DNA from: a virus
Virus record (IMG/VR): IMGVR_UViG_3300031718_000005
Span: 4,280 to 68,279 of that record
Reading direction: 5' to 3' (one strand)
Length of the DNA stretch: 64,000 nucleotides
Shown: piece by piece, positions 28,476-37,299 of the stretch
Position numbering within the stretch: the stretch's first letter is position 1
Layout: each line of letters opens with the position of its first letter
Made by a program: the position numbers and the translations under genes
The notes under the pieces: model-generated
Database searches by the model: none
What the model was told of the DNA's origin: nothing
What the model saw: the letters and a program-made list of their open reading frames with translations, nothing else

Positions 28476-30059
28476 TTGCTTATTTTAAGGTATGTACTAA
28501 TCATTGCCCTACCGGGAATTGTTTGTGCGAGCAAATGGATTCCGTCAAAAGCCGCCTCGGATCTGACGACAGTGCAAACCTGTAATGCAGTCAGTACACA
28601 GAACACCTTCGCTCCGCAGAAACTTGAGAACTCAACGGCCACGACAGGCTCCTGGGCATTCTCGCAGGTCAAGAGCAGCACACAGAACTTTGAGCTTTAC
28701 ACGAACGCGAACTTTCCCAACAACACGTCTTGGGCATCTGGAACATGGACCATTCAAATCGACGTGACCATAGCAGCGTCGGCCAATATGACCTGGGAGG
28801 ACACCTGTGTTATCCGGGTGAACTCATCGGGCGTGGCGCAAACGACTGAAGGCTCAACGACGGCGCAGGCGATTAGTCTCAACACGACCGGAACCAAGAG
28901 CATGAACGTCACGCAATCGGCGACCGACAGCAGCGCATCGGCTACAGACCGTATCGTGATCGTGATGAACTTCAAGAACGCCTCATCAACGACTACGCGG
29001 ACGTTCACATTGGACGCTGGGGTTGTTGCCAACGAATTTGTAACGGCTCCTACAGTGGCTAAATTGACTGGTACGGCAACAGACGGCACGCTCTCAGAAA
29101 GTATGGCCCGCGTTCATGGATGGGTTCGCACCGATTCAGATACAGCATTGTCAGCAGAGTCTCCTGCGCGAGTTTTTGGCGCGGTGCGGTCTGACTCCGA
29201 TACGACCTTATCCGCTGAATCCGATGCGCGTGTGTTTGGGGCCGTCCGTTCTGGTTCTGACGGGACGCTATCGGAAACTGCGGCTCGATCTGCAATTGCT
29301 TTCGCCCGAACTGGTTCGGATGCCGGCGTATTAACAGAAACGGCTTCGCGAGCAAGTATTGCCTTCACGCGCACAGATGCGGATTCGGCGTTCTCATCTG
29401 AAACTGGAGCACGATCCGCGATTGCATTTAATCGCAGTGGTGCAGACGCGGCACTCTCGTCCGAATCGGCATTGCGGGGCACGATTGCCTTTCTGCGTTC
29501 TAGTTCTGACGGCACCGTGGTGGAATCCATGGTACGGCAACCGCTTGCATTTATACGCATCGGAGCGGACGGTAGCGTTACCGAGACAGTAGCCAGACAG
29601 CGGAATGTGCCGATCACAATATCGGATGGAACGCTCTCGGCGTCGGTTGGACGAACAGCGGCCTCGTTCCGCACCGCATCCGATGGCACGCTTTCCGAAT
29701 CAGTCAATCGCGGTTCGCTCGTATTGGCGCGTACTACGTCAGACGGATCGCTTTCCGAAACGCTCGCCACTAACAGCGCATATGTGCGGACTGTTGTTGC
29801 GGATGGAAGCACAACGGAGTCAGTCGTTCGGCTGGCGGCATCGCTACGCAATCTATCCGATGGATCGTTGGCTGAATCCATAATATCGAATGGGGCCTTT
29901 TCTCGGGCTATGTTCGATGGAAGTTTGGGAGAGTCGCTTGCGACGGTTTCGTCGGGCGGTCATTCGTCCATTTATAAAACGCTGTGTCCTGAGTTGCACA
30001 TCACTCCAGCAGTTTGGAAAGCGAATATTGGTCTATGGCCGCTCTGTTCGATCAAATAG
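28476..30059 (+). CDS. repeat-rich fibre-like protein with hydrophobic N-terminus
   Basis: 527 aa with a TTG start. About 15 tandem repeats of 19-20 aa of the type SDGTLSES..R......R. Confidence 0.6.
   Translation: MLILRYVLIIALPGIVCASKWIPSKAASDLTTVQTCNAVSTQNTFAPQKLENSTATTGSWAFSQVKSSTQNFELYTNANFPNNTSWASGTWTIQIDVTIAASANMTWEDTCVIRVNSSGVAQTTEGSTTAQAISLNTTGTKSMNVTQSATDSSASATDRIVIVMNFKNASSTTTRTFTLDAGVVANEFVTAPTVAKLTGTATDGTLSESMARVHGWVRTDSDTALSAESPARVFGAVRSDSDTTLSAESDARVFGAVRSGSDGTLSETAARSAIAFARTGSDAGVLTETASRASIAFTRTDADSAFSSETGARSAIAFNRSGADAALSSESALRGTIAFLRSSSDGTVVESMVRQPLAFIRIGADGSVTETVARQRNVPITISDGTLSASVGRTAASFRTASDGTLSESVNRGSLVLARTTSDGSLSETLATNSAYVRTVVADGSTTESVVRLAASLRNLSDGSLAESIISNGAFSRAMFDGSLGESLATVSSGGHSSIYKTLCPELHITPAVWKANIGLWPLCSIK
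29067..29960 (+). repeat. tandem coding repeats of about 57-60 bp
   Basis: Protein periodicity (S/A)D(G/S/T)(T/A)LS(A/E)(E/S)xxR is seen from about aa 198 to 495. The antisense frame stays open as a by-product. Confidence 0.7.
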
Positions 30060-30292
30060 TCGGTGAAGTAGTTCCCTACGAGCAAGACGTGGAAGGGGAC
30101 ACGATTGCCTCGGTTGCGTGGTCCGTTTCCCCCACCGGCCCAACCGTCACTCCACTGGCAAATACCGGAACATCGGCGACAGCTAACTTCACTAGCTCGG
30201 TAGTCGGAACGTTCGTTTTGCAATGCGTTCTAACACTAACCACCAACGGCCAAATCCGCAAGGGCCGCGCAACAATCTCAGTAGATCCCTAA
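30035..30292 (+). CDS. small Ig-like protein
   Basis: Starts at an internal ATG of ORF 30014..30292. Beta-rich sequence TIASVAWSVSPTGPTVTPL...FVLQCVLTLTTNG. Confidence 0.5.
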   Translation: MAALFDQIVGEVVPYEQDVEGDTIASVAWSVSPTGPTVTPLANTGTSATANFTSSVVGTFVLQCVLTLTTNGQIRKGRATISVDP

Positions 30293-30307
30293 AGGAGACA
30301 TAAAACT

Positions 30308-30754
30308 ATGGGGCCGGGTCCATGGACGCTATACAACGATGCCAAGCTGAACTTCTTCAAGAAGCTCATGGATCTTGGCGGAGACACATTTAAGGTCGCG
30401 CTCGTTACGTCATCCTCTAATGGACTCGTCGCGACGTTAACGCCGGGAACCTATGGCACCTTGACCGGCGAACTTACAACAGCCAACGGGTACACGGCGG
30501 GCGGGGCTACGGCTGGATCACCCACGTTAACAGGTGGTGGCGCGACAGCCACTATCACATGGAACACCAATGACGTGTCATGGACTGCCTCTGGGGCCGG
30601 GTTTACGGCGCGTGGGGCGGTGATGTATGATTCGACGGCGGGAGATTTGATTGCCTTCTTCCTGCTCGACTCCACGCCCGCCGATGTGACGATAGCGGCT
30701 GGAAATACATTGACCATCTCCATCGCCAGCCCGAAGGTATTCACCGCGACTTAA
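30308..30754 (+). CDS. fibre-region protein
   Basis: 148 aa with GGAGA RBS. Pattern FKVALVTS...GYTAGG...WTASGAGFTARGAVMYD is shared with 27861..28460. Confidence 0.65.
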   Translation: MGPGPWTLYNDAKLNFFKKLMDLGGDTFKVALVTSSSNGLVATLTPGTYGTLTGELTTANGYTAGGATAGSPTLTGGGATATITWNTNDVSWTASGAGFTARGAVMYDSTAGDLIAFFLLDSTPADVTIAAGNTLTISIASPKVFTAT

Positions 30755-30758
30755 TAAA

Positions 30759-32261
30759 ATGGCATTCGCCACCTCACGCTCGCTCACTATCGACCACACC
30801 AAGGTATCGGGATCGGATCAGTCCAATTTCCCGGTCTTGGTGAAGATCGTCAACGGTTCGTTCGCCACGGTAGCAAACAGCGGACTGATTCAGCACACAG
30901 TAACTCAATCCGGGGGCAACCCAATCACCATGCCCGCTGATCTTATCTTTACCTCGGATTCGGGCGGGGCAACAAAGATACCGTGGGAATTTGAATCATA
31001 CGACGGGACGACTGGAACACTTTACGCCTGGGTGTTGATCGCCACCGTCTCACACACAGTAGATACTGTCTTCTATGTTTTCTACGGGGATGCGACGGTT
31101 TCGACTCAGCAAAACACCGGTAGCTTCTCTGTGGCTAACGTCTGGGACGCGAACTTCAAGGGAGTCTACCATTTCCCCGATGGCACGACGCTGAACGCGA
31201 AAGATTCTACCGGCAACGCCAACAACGGGACTCTTACTGGTTCGAGTTTGGCTACAGCCGGGAAAGTCGATGGATGTTTCGACGTTCATCCTAATCCTGA
31301 CTACGCATCGGTCGGAACCCTGGGACTGACTACTACCTTTACCTTCAGTTTGTGGATCAAACCGGCAGATTTGAGATTTGGTGGATTGATCGCCCAGCAA
31401 GCACATGGTGGGGTAGAGTTCCGAACCAACAACGACAACACTCTTAGCCTACTTAGTGCTCAAGTATCCAATCTAGCCACTTCGAGCGGGACGGTGACTA
31501 CTGGGGCTTTCCATTATGTCGTGCTCACCTACGATGGGTCCACCGCCAAATTCTACATTGATGGGGCGGCATCTGGAAGTACGAGCGTTTCGTTCACGTT
31601 CGGATCGGGTATATACGATATCGGTCGCAGTGGAGGGGCGGGAGACTTTTTTTCCGGTCCTCTTGATGAAGCGCGGATATCGAGTACAATCCGATCCGCC
31701 GACTGGATCACCACTGAGTTCAACAATCAGAACTCACCCAACACGTTCATCACACTGGGCGGGGCATTAACCACACTCGCTCCAAGTGCCGCGTCGTTTA
31801 CGTTTACCGACCTGACGCCCGCGCTGACGCGGAAACTCCAGCCCGCTTCAGCGTCCCTCACATTCACTGGCGCAACCCCGAGCGAAAGACAAACGCTTCA
31901 CCCTGCTGCTGGTAGTCTTACATTTACAGGCGAAACTCCAGTAACCGGCGGTGTTCTACGGCCATCTGCGGCAACATTGGCTTTCGCTGGACGAACCCCA
32001 ACACTGAAGACCGGGCTACGGCCAAACGCCGCAAGTTTCGTCTTGACGGGCGATGGTCCGCACTTACGGTTAACGCTTCACCCTACTCCCGCAGTGATTA
32101 TGTTCCATGGCTTGATGCCATCGCTTACGGGAGCTTCCTTTGCCAATGCGCGAAGATTTACACCGATAGACGCCGATCCCCGAGCATTGGCTGCGGTCGA
32201 TGCCGTGAACCGTAAACTCAAACCGCTGAATTCCTCACCACGTTCTATGGAGAAAGTATGA
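30759..32261 (+). CDS. LamG/concanavalin-like (DUF2341-type) fibre protein
   Basis: 500 aa. FYIDGAASGS and DEARISSTIRSADWITTEFNNQNSP are typical of Laminin_G_3/DUF2341 proteins. The C-terminus has about six 20-aa repeats. Confidence 0.75.
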   Translation: MAFATSRSLTIDHTKVSGSDQSNFPVLVKIVNGSFATVANSGLIQHTVTQSGGNPITMPADLIFTSDSGGATKIPWEFESYDGTTGTLYAWVLIATVSHTVDTVFYVFYGDATVSTQQNTGSFSVANVWDANFKGVYHFPDGTTLNAKDSTGNANNGTLTGSSLATAGKVDGCFDVHPNPDYASVGTLGLTTTFTFSLWIKPADLRFGGLIAQQAHGGVEFRTNNDNTLSLLSAQVSNLATSSGTVTTGAFHYVVLTYDGSTAKFYIDGAASGSTSVSFTFGSGIYDIGRSGGAGDFFSGPLDEARISSTIRSADWITTEFNNQNSPNTFITLGGALTTLAPSAASFTFTDLTPALTRKLQPASASLTFTGATPSERQTLHPAAGSLTFTGETPVTGGVLRPSAATLAFAGRTPTLKTGLRPNAASFVLTGDGPHLRLTLHPTPAVIMFHGLMPSLTGASFANARRFTPIDADPRALAAVDAVNRKLKPLNSSPRSMEKV

Positions 32262-33973
32262 AAATAATTGCCCTGCTTCTTTTAGTGTTCGCACCGCTGA
32301 TGGCCCAATATGTCCCTACTCCAAATCCAGGGGACCCGATCAAGATCGCTGCTGGTGGTGGCGGCGGCTCCGGAACGGTAACTAGCGTAACCATCAATGG
32401 CACCGCGAGCCAAATTACGGCCACTGGCACCTGCACTGGCACGACGACGATCACTTGCACGCTGTCCCTGCCTAGCGCACTGGTGCTTCCTGGCACGATT
32501 GACGGCCTGACGATCACCACCACAACAGGCACTCTGACTATCGCTGCGGCTAAGGTGTTCACAGTTAACAACACGGTCACGATAACGGGAACGGACGGCA
32601 GCACGCTTAACATCGGCGCGGGCGGAACGCTTGGATCGAATGCGTTCAACAGTACCGCGTTCGTGCCGACGACCACGACCGTGGCGGGCCATGCTTTGAG
32701 CAGTAACGTCTCCATCGCCTGTGCGGATTTGACCAACGCATCTGCTGCATGTAGCAGTTTGAATAATTTATCGCTAACCGGAACACCAACCGCTCCTACC
32801 CCAGCGGCAACCGACAACAGCACTACGATCCCCACCACTGCTTATGTCACCACGGCTATCACGAATGCGGTAAATGCTGCTGCTGGACGCGATCTAGTGC
32901 AGGCAGCTACGGCGGCGGTGTTGCCCAACACTCCGACGTTCACGCATGTCGATGCAGGCGTCGGTTCGTTCTTTACCTCAAGCACTAATTCCGTGTTGGT
33001 AGTAGACGGCTACACGCCTCTACTGCTGGACAGGATTCTGGTGAAGAACCAGGCGACGGCGGCGAACAATGGCATCTATTCGGTCACTCAGCTTGGCGTG
33101 GCTGCTGTGACACCGTGGATCTTGACGCGCACGCTCGATTACGATCAACCTTCGGATATGAACAACACGATTGTTCCGGTAGCGAACAATGGAACCACTA
33201 ATCCTAAGAGTTCCTGGATCATGACTTCGGTTGTGGCGACCGTCGATACTGATGCGGTTAATTTTGCGCCCTTCACTCCAAACGGGGCCAATATTGTTAC
33301 TGCATCGTCACCAGGAGTCGGGCTGTGCCATTTCGCCGGGGGCACGCAGGCGTGTACTAGTTCGGCAGTGGTTAATGCCGACATCGCTAATTCTACTATT
33401 GATCTGACTACTAAAGTAACCGGAGTACTGCCATTAGCCAATGGAGGTGGAATCACGCTTACCTCTTATCCAGTAGGGGTAAATATAAGTGCTGGCATTC
33501 ATGCACCAACTAGCAATGCAACTATCGCATGGTCGTTTGATATTTTATCACCTGTATCATTCTCCAAGATACTTCTGGTAATACACGGTGCAGACACGAA
33601 CGCCGGATCGTTTAATTGTCCAAATTTATCTGGTGTTAACCAAACCTCCGTGCAGTGCTATGATTGGGGAATTGCCGACTCTTCCGGTGTACTAAAGGCG
33701 GATGTCGGACCTCACCAAGTAAATTCTCCGACCGTTGCCGACTTATCAATAGCACAAGGAACCGTGACTATTTCTCCAGGTAGGTATTTCTTTATCATCA
33801 CAGGCACAGCAGCTTCAGCAGACTTGTACTTCACTGGCCCCAGCCTATATTTCTCCGGGGCGTGCGGAATAAATGAGAGCCAAGCTACATCTGGAGGGCA
33901 ATTAGTGTCATTCACTCCGGCATCTCTGTCGTGGGGACAATGCGATTGGCCACTGATACAGTTACACCAATAG
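32258..33973 (+). CDS. tail fibre protein with Sec-like N-terminus
   Basis: 571 aa. Starts MKIIALLLLVFAPLMAQ. Contains the fibre motif LTGTPTAPTPAATDNSTTIPTTAYV. ATGA overlap with the upstream gene. Confidence 0.7.
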   Translation: MKIIALLLLVFAPLMAQYVPTPNPGDPIKIAAGGGGGSGTVTSVTINGTASQITATGTCTGTTTITCTLSLPSALVLPGTIDGLTITTTTGTLTIAAAKVFTVNNTVTITGTDGSTLNIGAGGTLGSNAFNSTAFVPTTTTVAGHALSSNVSIACADLTNASAACSSLNNLSLTGTPTAPTPAATDNSTTIPTTAYVTTAITNAVNAAAGRDLVQAATAAVLPNTPTFTHVDAGVGSFFTSSTNSVLVVDGYTPLLLDRILVKNQATAANNGIYSVTQLGVAAVTPWILTRTLDYDQPSDMNNTIVPVANNGTTNPKSSWIMTSVVATVDTDAVNFAPFTPNGANIVTASSPGVGLCHFAGGTQACTSSAVVNADIANSTIDLTTKVTGVLPLANGGGITLTSYPVGVNISAGIHAPTSNATIAWSFDILSPVSFSKILLVIHGADTNAGSFNCPNLSGVNQTSVQCYDWGIADSSGVLKADVGPHQVNSPTVADLSIAQGTVTISPGRYFFIITGTAASADLYFTGPSLYFSGACGINESQATSGGQLVSFTPASLSWGQCDWPLIQLHQ

Positions 33974-34006
33974 GAACGTCAGATCAGGTAACACCTAACT
34001 TTTAGT

Positions 34007-34402
34007 ATGTCACACTGCAATAATATTTCAGGATTAGGATTATACCCGGTGGAGAGGACGGCTTCCATCAACACCTCGAATTCCCTCGCCCGGCGGCAGG
34101 CGGTGTTGCCACAAAAGAGGATACGTAGTCGTTGTTTGGCTTGCCGCCGGATGCTAGACAATACATATCGAAAGAAGACGAGGAAGCACTGTAGCACGAG
34201 ATGTCGCTGGATTTACAATAAGCGAATGTCTCGATTCCGTAAAACCGGACGGTTGGCGGGCATAGTCCGCTGCGAAAATATGGACTGCGGGAAATTGTTC
34301 AGACAAAAGAGAATTAGCCACCGCTACTGTTGTGACTTTTGCCGCTGGCGAGACTATTTCGTTATTAGCTCCGATTACCATCCAAGAAAGAAGGCGGCGT
34401 GA
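34007..34402 (+). CDS. basic protein with two CxxC...CxxxC zinc-ribbon units
   Basis: 131 aa, Arg/Lys-rich. Contains CLAC...CSTRC and CENMDC...CCDFC. Preceded by a locally AT-rich leader. Confidence 0.55.
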   Translation: MSHCNNISGLGLYPVERTASINTSNSLARRQAVLPQKRIRSRCLACRRMLDNTYRKKTRKHCSTRCRWIYNKRMSRFRKTGRLAGIVRCENMDCGKLFRQKRISHRYCCDFCRWRDYFVISSDYHPRKKAA

Positions 34403-35010
34403 GGCTTTTGTTAGCGATTCTTCTACTTGCGAATTCAGTCCGCGCTGAATCCTTTTGGAGTCGCATTGCGAACTTCTTCGCGCCCAACGCGCCACTTACG
34501 ATCACTACTACGGCTTTACCAATCGGCCAAACCGGAACGGCTTACAGTACCACGTTAACAGCCTCGGGCGGCAAGACACCTTACCGCTGGTCGATCCAGC
34601 CTTTAGCCACATTGCAGGCCGCAAACCTTACTCTTTCAGGTGCTACGCTATCGGGCGCATCTTCAGTCGTGGTCAACGGGACAGCGCTCAATATATACGT
34701 GTTGGACAAGACCGGGAGGCAAGCTTTTGTGTCACTGCCTCTCGCGATTTGCGCTCCATTCTTGGTGGCTAATGCCTCGCCACTCCCGCAAGGATCGCTT
34801 GGACAGCCTTACAAAGTTCAATTCATCACGTCCGGCGGGTTCAAAGCTCCTGGATTGACATGGAGCGTTTCAGGTACGCTTCCAACTGGTTTGACGCTAG
34901 ATTCCGCCACTGGAATCTTGAGCGGAGTTCCGACTACCGCAGGATCTTTCAGCATTACCGCAACCGCGAGCGATGGAGCGGCAAGCAATCCTCCGTCCTG
35001 TAACCCCTGA
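34399..35010 (+). CDS. secreted-type protein with two putative Ig (He_PIG-like) domains
   Basis: 203 aa. Starts MRLLLAILLLANSVRAE. Contains LPIGQTGTAYSTTLTASGGKTPYRWS and GTLPTGLTLDSATGILSGVPTTAGSFSITATASD. Confidence 0.65.
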   Translation: MRLLLAILLLANSVRAESFWSRIANFFAPNAPLTITTTALPIGQTGTAYSTTLTASGGKTPYRWSIQPLATLQAANLTLSGATLSGASSVVVNGTALNIYVLDKTGRQAFVSLPLAICAPFLVANASPLPQGSLGQPYKVQFITSGGFKAPGLTWSVSGTLPTGLTLDSATGILSGVPTTAGSFSITATASDGAASNPPSCNP

Positions 35011-35023
35011 TTTATAAGCGCAT

Positions 35024-35386
35024 ATGCGTAACCAAATGAAATCTCTTGTAGTTTCGTTCTTGTTTCTCAGTCAAGCCATCGGGCAGACCGCCCACGTCGC
35101 CACCTTGCAGTGGACCGACTCCATCAATCCACCGGGAACGCTCTACAACGTGTACCGAGTCGTTGGTACTTGCCCGCCCGCAACGCCAAGTCCGCCAATA
35201 AATGCAGTGTTCACTCGCATAGCCAGTATGCTTGGTGCTCTGACTTATCAAGATAAGACGATCACCACGGGGACTTTTTGTTTTGCCGTGAGCGCAATTT
35301 CAAATGGCGGCGAGAGCGGTCTATCAAACGTGGTGCAAGTAACCGTGATATCTGCTCCTACTGGTTTGACGGTGGTGATTCAGTGA
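35024..35386 (+). CDS. FN3-like protein with Sec-like N-terminus
   Basis: 120 aa. Starts MRNQMKSLVVSFLFLSQAIGQ. Contains ATLQWTDS...YNVYR.... Confidence 0.65.
   Translation: MRNQMKSLVVSFLFLSQAIGQTAHVATLQWTDSINPPGTLYNVYRVVGTCPPATPSPPINAVFTRIASMLGALTYQDKTITTGTFCFAVSAISNGGESGLSNVVQVTVISAPTGLTVVIQ
35306..35386 (+). repeat. 81-bp gene-end segment, copy 1
   Basis: Encodes GGESGLSNVVQVTVISAPTGLTVVIQ plus stop. Paralogous to 35854-35934. Confidence 0.8.
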
Positions 35387-35934
35387 AAAGATGTCCTGGT
35401 TGTAAAGAAACCAAACAAGCAGCAGACTTCCACAAGGGTAGAGACAATAAGGATGGACTGCAAACACGGTGTAAATTGTGCAAGGCTTCGGCGCGTAAGA
35501 AGTTTAGAGAGCAGTATCCCGAAAGAGTTAAAGCTCGGGAGAGTAGGGCATATGCGCGGTTGGTGGCTGAAGGAAAGGCCAACACACACTACCTGAGGCA
35601 CTTCGAGAGGTATCGCGACGAGTGGCTCACGAGGCGCTATGGAATAACCTACGCCGATTACCAGAGAATGTTAGAACTTCAGAAGGGTCTATGTGCGATC
35701 TGCAATAGGTCCGCAAAACTGGACGTTGACCACAACCACGAAACAGGCCGAGTCCGTGGGCTGCTTTGTAGAAAGTGTAATCTAGGGATAGGTTATCTTA
35801 AGGATGACCACGGGCTGTTGCTGAAGGCATACCGGTATCTAGTTGCATTCGACGGCGGCGAGAGCGCTCAGTCCAACACGGCGCAAGCAGTTCTGATTTC
35901 GCCGCCAACGGGACTTACGGTGGTGGTACAATGA
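35383..35934 (+). CDS. endonuclease VII-family homing-type nuclease fused to a duplicated FN3 tail
   Basis: Motif CAICNRSAKLDVDHNHETGRVRGLLCRKCNLGIGYLKDD. The GTG at 35383 overlaps the FN3 stop (GTGA). The last 26 aa repeat the upstream gene's C-terminus. Confidence 0.8.
   Translation: MKRCPGCKETKQAADFHKGRDNKDGLQTRCKLCKASARKKFREQYPERVKARESRAYARLVAEGKANTHYLRHFERYRDEWLTRRYGITYADYQRMLELQKGLCAICNRSAKLDVDHNHETGRVRGLLCRKCNLGIGYLKDDHGLLLKAYRYLVAFDGGESAQSNTAQAVLISPPTGLTVVVQ
35854..35934 (+). repeat. 81-bp gene-end segment, copy 2
   Basis: Encodes GGESAQSNTAQAVLISPPTGLTVVVQ plus stop. Same length as copy 1, with 16 of 26 aa identical. Confidence 0.8.
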
Positions 35935-36001
35935 ACACTACTGTCACGGCGCTCGCCGGGGCACCCACATTTTGGAACGGTTCTCTCGCTAGAGCCGGGG
36001 G

Positions 36002-36238
36002 GTGCCCCGGTTCCGAGACGGTGGTGTGGTGAAATACCTCGCACTCACCGTCGCACTCTTGCAGTCGCCTCCGTCCAACCTGCAAGTATTCGTGGGCAGG
36101 CAATTCTGCATTGCCGATAACAACTGCTACACGCTAGTCTACGTCCCGATTCCATGGATAGACCCGAAGGACATCAAGCCAGAGTACGACGAAATGGTTA
36201 TCGATGGCGTGGTGTGGGGCTGGGGGCACTTGCCTTGA
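36002..36238 (+). CDS. hypothetical protein
   Basis: 78 aa with a non-ATG start. No motif recognised. Confidence 0.3.
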   Translation: MPRFRDGGVVKYLALTVALLQSPPSNLQVFVGRQFCIADNNCYTLVYVPIPWIDPKDIKPEYDEMVIDGVVWGWGHLP

Positions 36239-36465
36239 AAGCGAACTATTTTCGGGACTACGCGCGGAAGTGGCGTGCTCAGAACCGCGAAAGGTACAAC
36301 GCACAAGCGCGGGAGTACAACCGCCGGTGGCGCATCATGAACAGGGAAAGATACAACGCTTGGGCAAGAGAATATCAGCGTGACCGAAGGACCAATGGCC
36401 GCAAATGGGCGTATCAAGGATTGGGCCAAGTAGCCATCGAGATCCTGAATTCGCTGGGGACATGA
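36235..36465 (+). CDS. Arg/Tyr/Asn-repeat protein, possible remnant of a second endonuclease gene
   Basis: The TTG start overlaps the upstream TGA. RERYNAQAREYNRRW / RERYNAWAREYQRDR resembles the N-terminal region of the Endo VII gene (KFREQYPERVKARESRAYARL). No nuclease motif is present. Confidence 0.4.
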   Translation: MKANYFRDYARKWRAQNRERYNAQAREYNRRWRIMNRERYNAWAREYQRDRRTNGRKWAYQGLGQVAIEILNSLGT

Positions 36466-36469
36466 ACTG

Positions 36470-36940
36470 ATGGACCCAGCCGTCGTGCCTGTCAGTGAAC
36501 TTCTGAAACTCGGAGCAGCCCACGTGCAGATTCCGTCTGATGCGTTACCGGCGTTCATGCTGTCTGGGGGTGACGAGCAGCTATCCGCAAACATGCTAGG
36601 CCTTACGGTGGGACAGTTATTGGCGGCGCAGTTCGGAATGCACATCACGACCCGAGACTCACGGTTTGAAGATGTGCGGCATGACCAAAACGGCTGGCAT
36701 CGGGACGAACACCCCAAGAACTTCAGCGCGGATGCCTTCGCTAAGATGGTCCTTCCGTTTCCGATCGAATTGAATCCGCCAACCGTGGTGAGGCTTTTTA
36801 GTGGCCATAAAGTTCAAGCTCCTACTGGATTCGTAACATTGCTGCTTTGTCATCCTCGGGCTGTCTGGCACCGGGCAGATAACATTGGGGCGGAGAGGCG
36901 CACGGTTCTAACGCAAGGGTTCGATCTGAAGAGAATATGA
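36470..36940 (+). CDS. possible minimal 2OG-Fe(II)/PhyH-like oxygenase
   Basis: 156 aa. Has WHRDEH (HxD), a distal VWHRADN His about 50 aa later, and ERR after that. Confidence 0.35.
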   Translation: MDPAVVPVSELLKLGAAHVQIPSDALPAFMLSGGDEQLSANMLGLTVGQLLAAQFGMHITTRDSRFEDVRHDQNGWHRDEHPKNFSADAFAKMVLPFPIELNPPTVVRLFSGHKVQAPTGFVTLLLCHPRAVWHRADNIGAERRTVLTQGFDLKRI

Positions 36941-37299
36941 ATCTACCCGCAAACCTAGGCACGCTTGATTGGTCGAACTGGCTGCGAGGCGTTATTGGTG
37001 GCTTCATCGGTGGTGGGGCTGGCGCGTTCGGAGCTGGTAGTTCTGCCATGTTGTTCCTCGATCCCGCTTACCTTGCCAGCCATGGAACCGGGATTGTGCT
37101 AAAACTCATGAGTGGAACCTTCCTAATCAGCGGCATCACCGGTATGATGCTATTCCTTGCCAAAGAGCCGATCCCATCAAAGATCAAGACAGTCGAAACA
37201 ACGAAGGAGACCACCCAAGTGGGCACAAAGGCTCCGACTGTTGTCGAGACCGTCAAGGAAACTGTCGTTCAATCGGTGCCAACAGAGCCGAAGTCATGA
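36937..37299 (+). CDS. membrane protein (holin-size)
   Basis: 120 aa, Gly-rich. Two or three hydrophobic spans and a Thr/Lys/Glu tail. ATGA overlap with the upstream gene. Confidence 0.55.
   Translation: MNLPANLGTLDWSNWLRGVIGGFIGGGAGAFGAGSSAMLFLDPAYLASHGTGIVLKLMSGTFLISGITGMMLFLAKEPIPSKIKTVETTKETTQVGTKAPTVVETVKETVVQSVPTEPKS

Noticed and set aside
29114-29881. 255-aa antisense ORF inside the repeat-rich fibre gene
   Set aside because: It is kept open by repeat periodicity. It has no start context and lies opposite to the operon.
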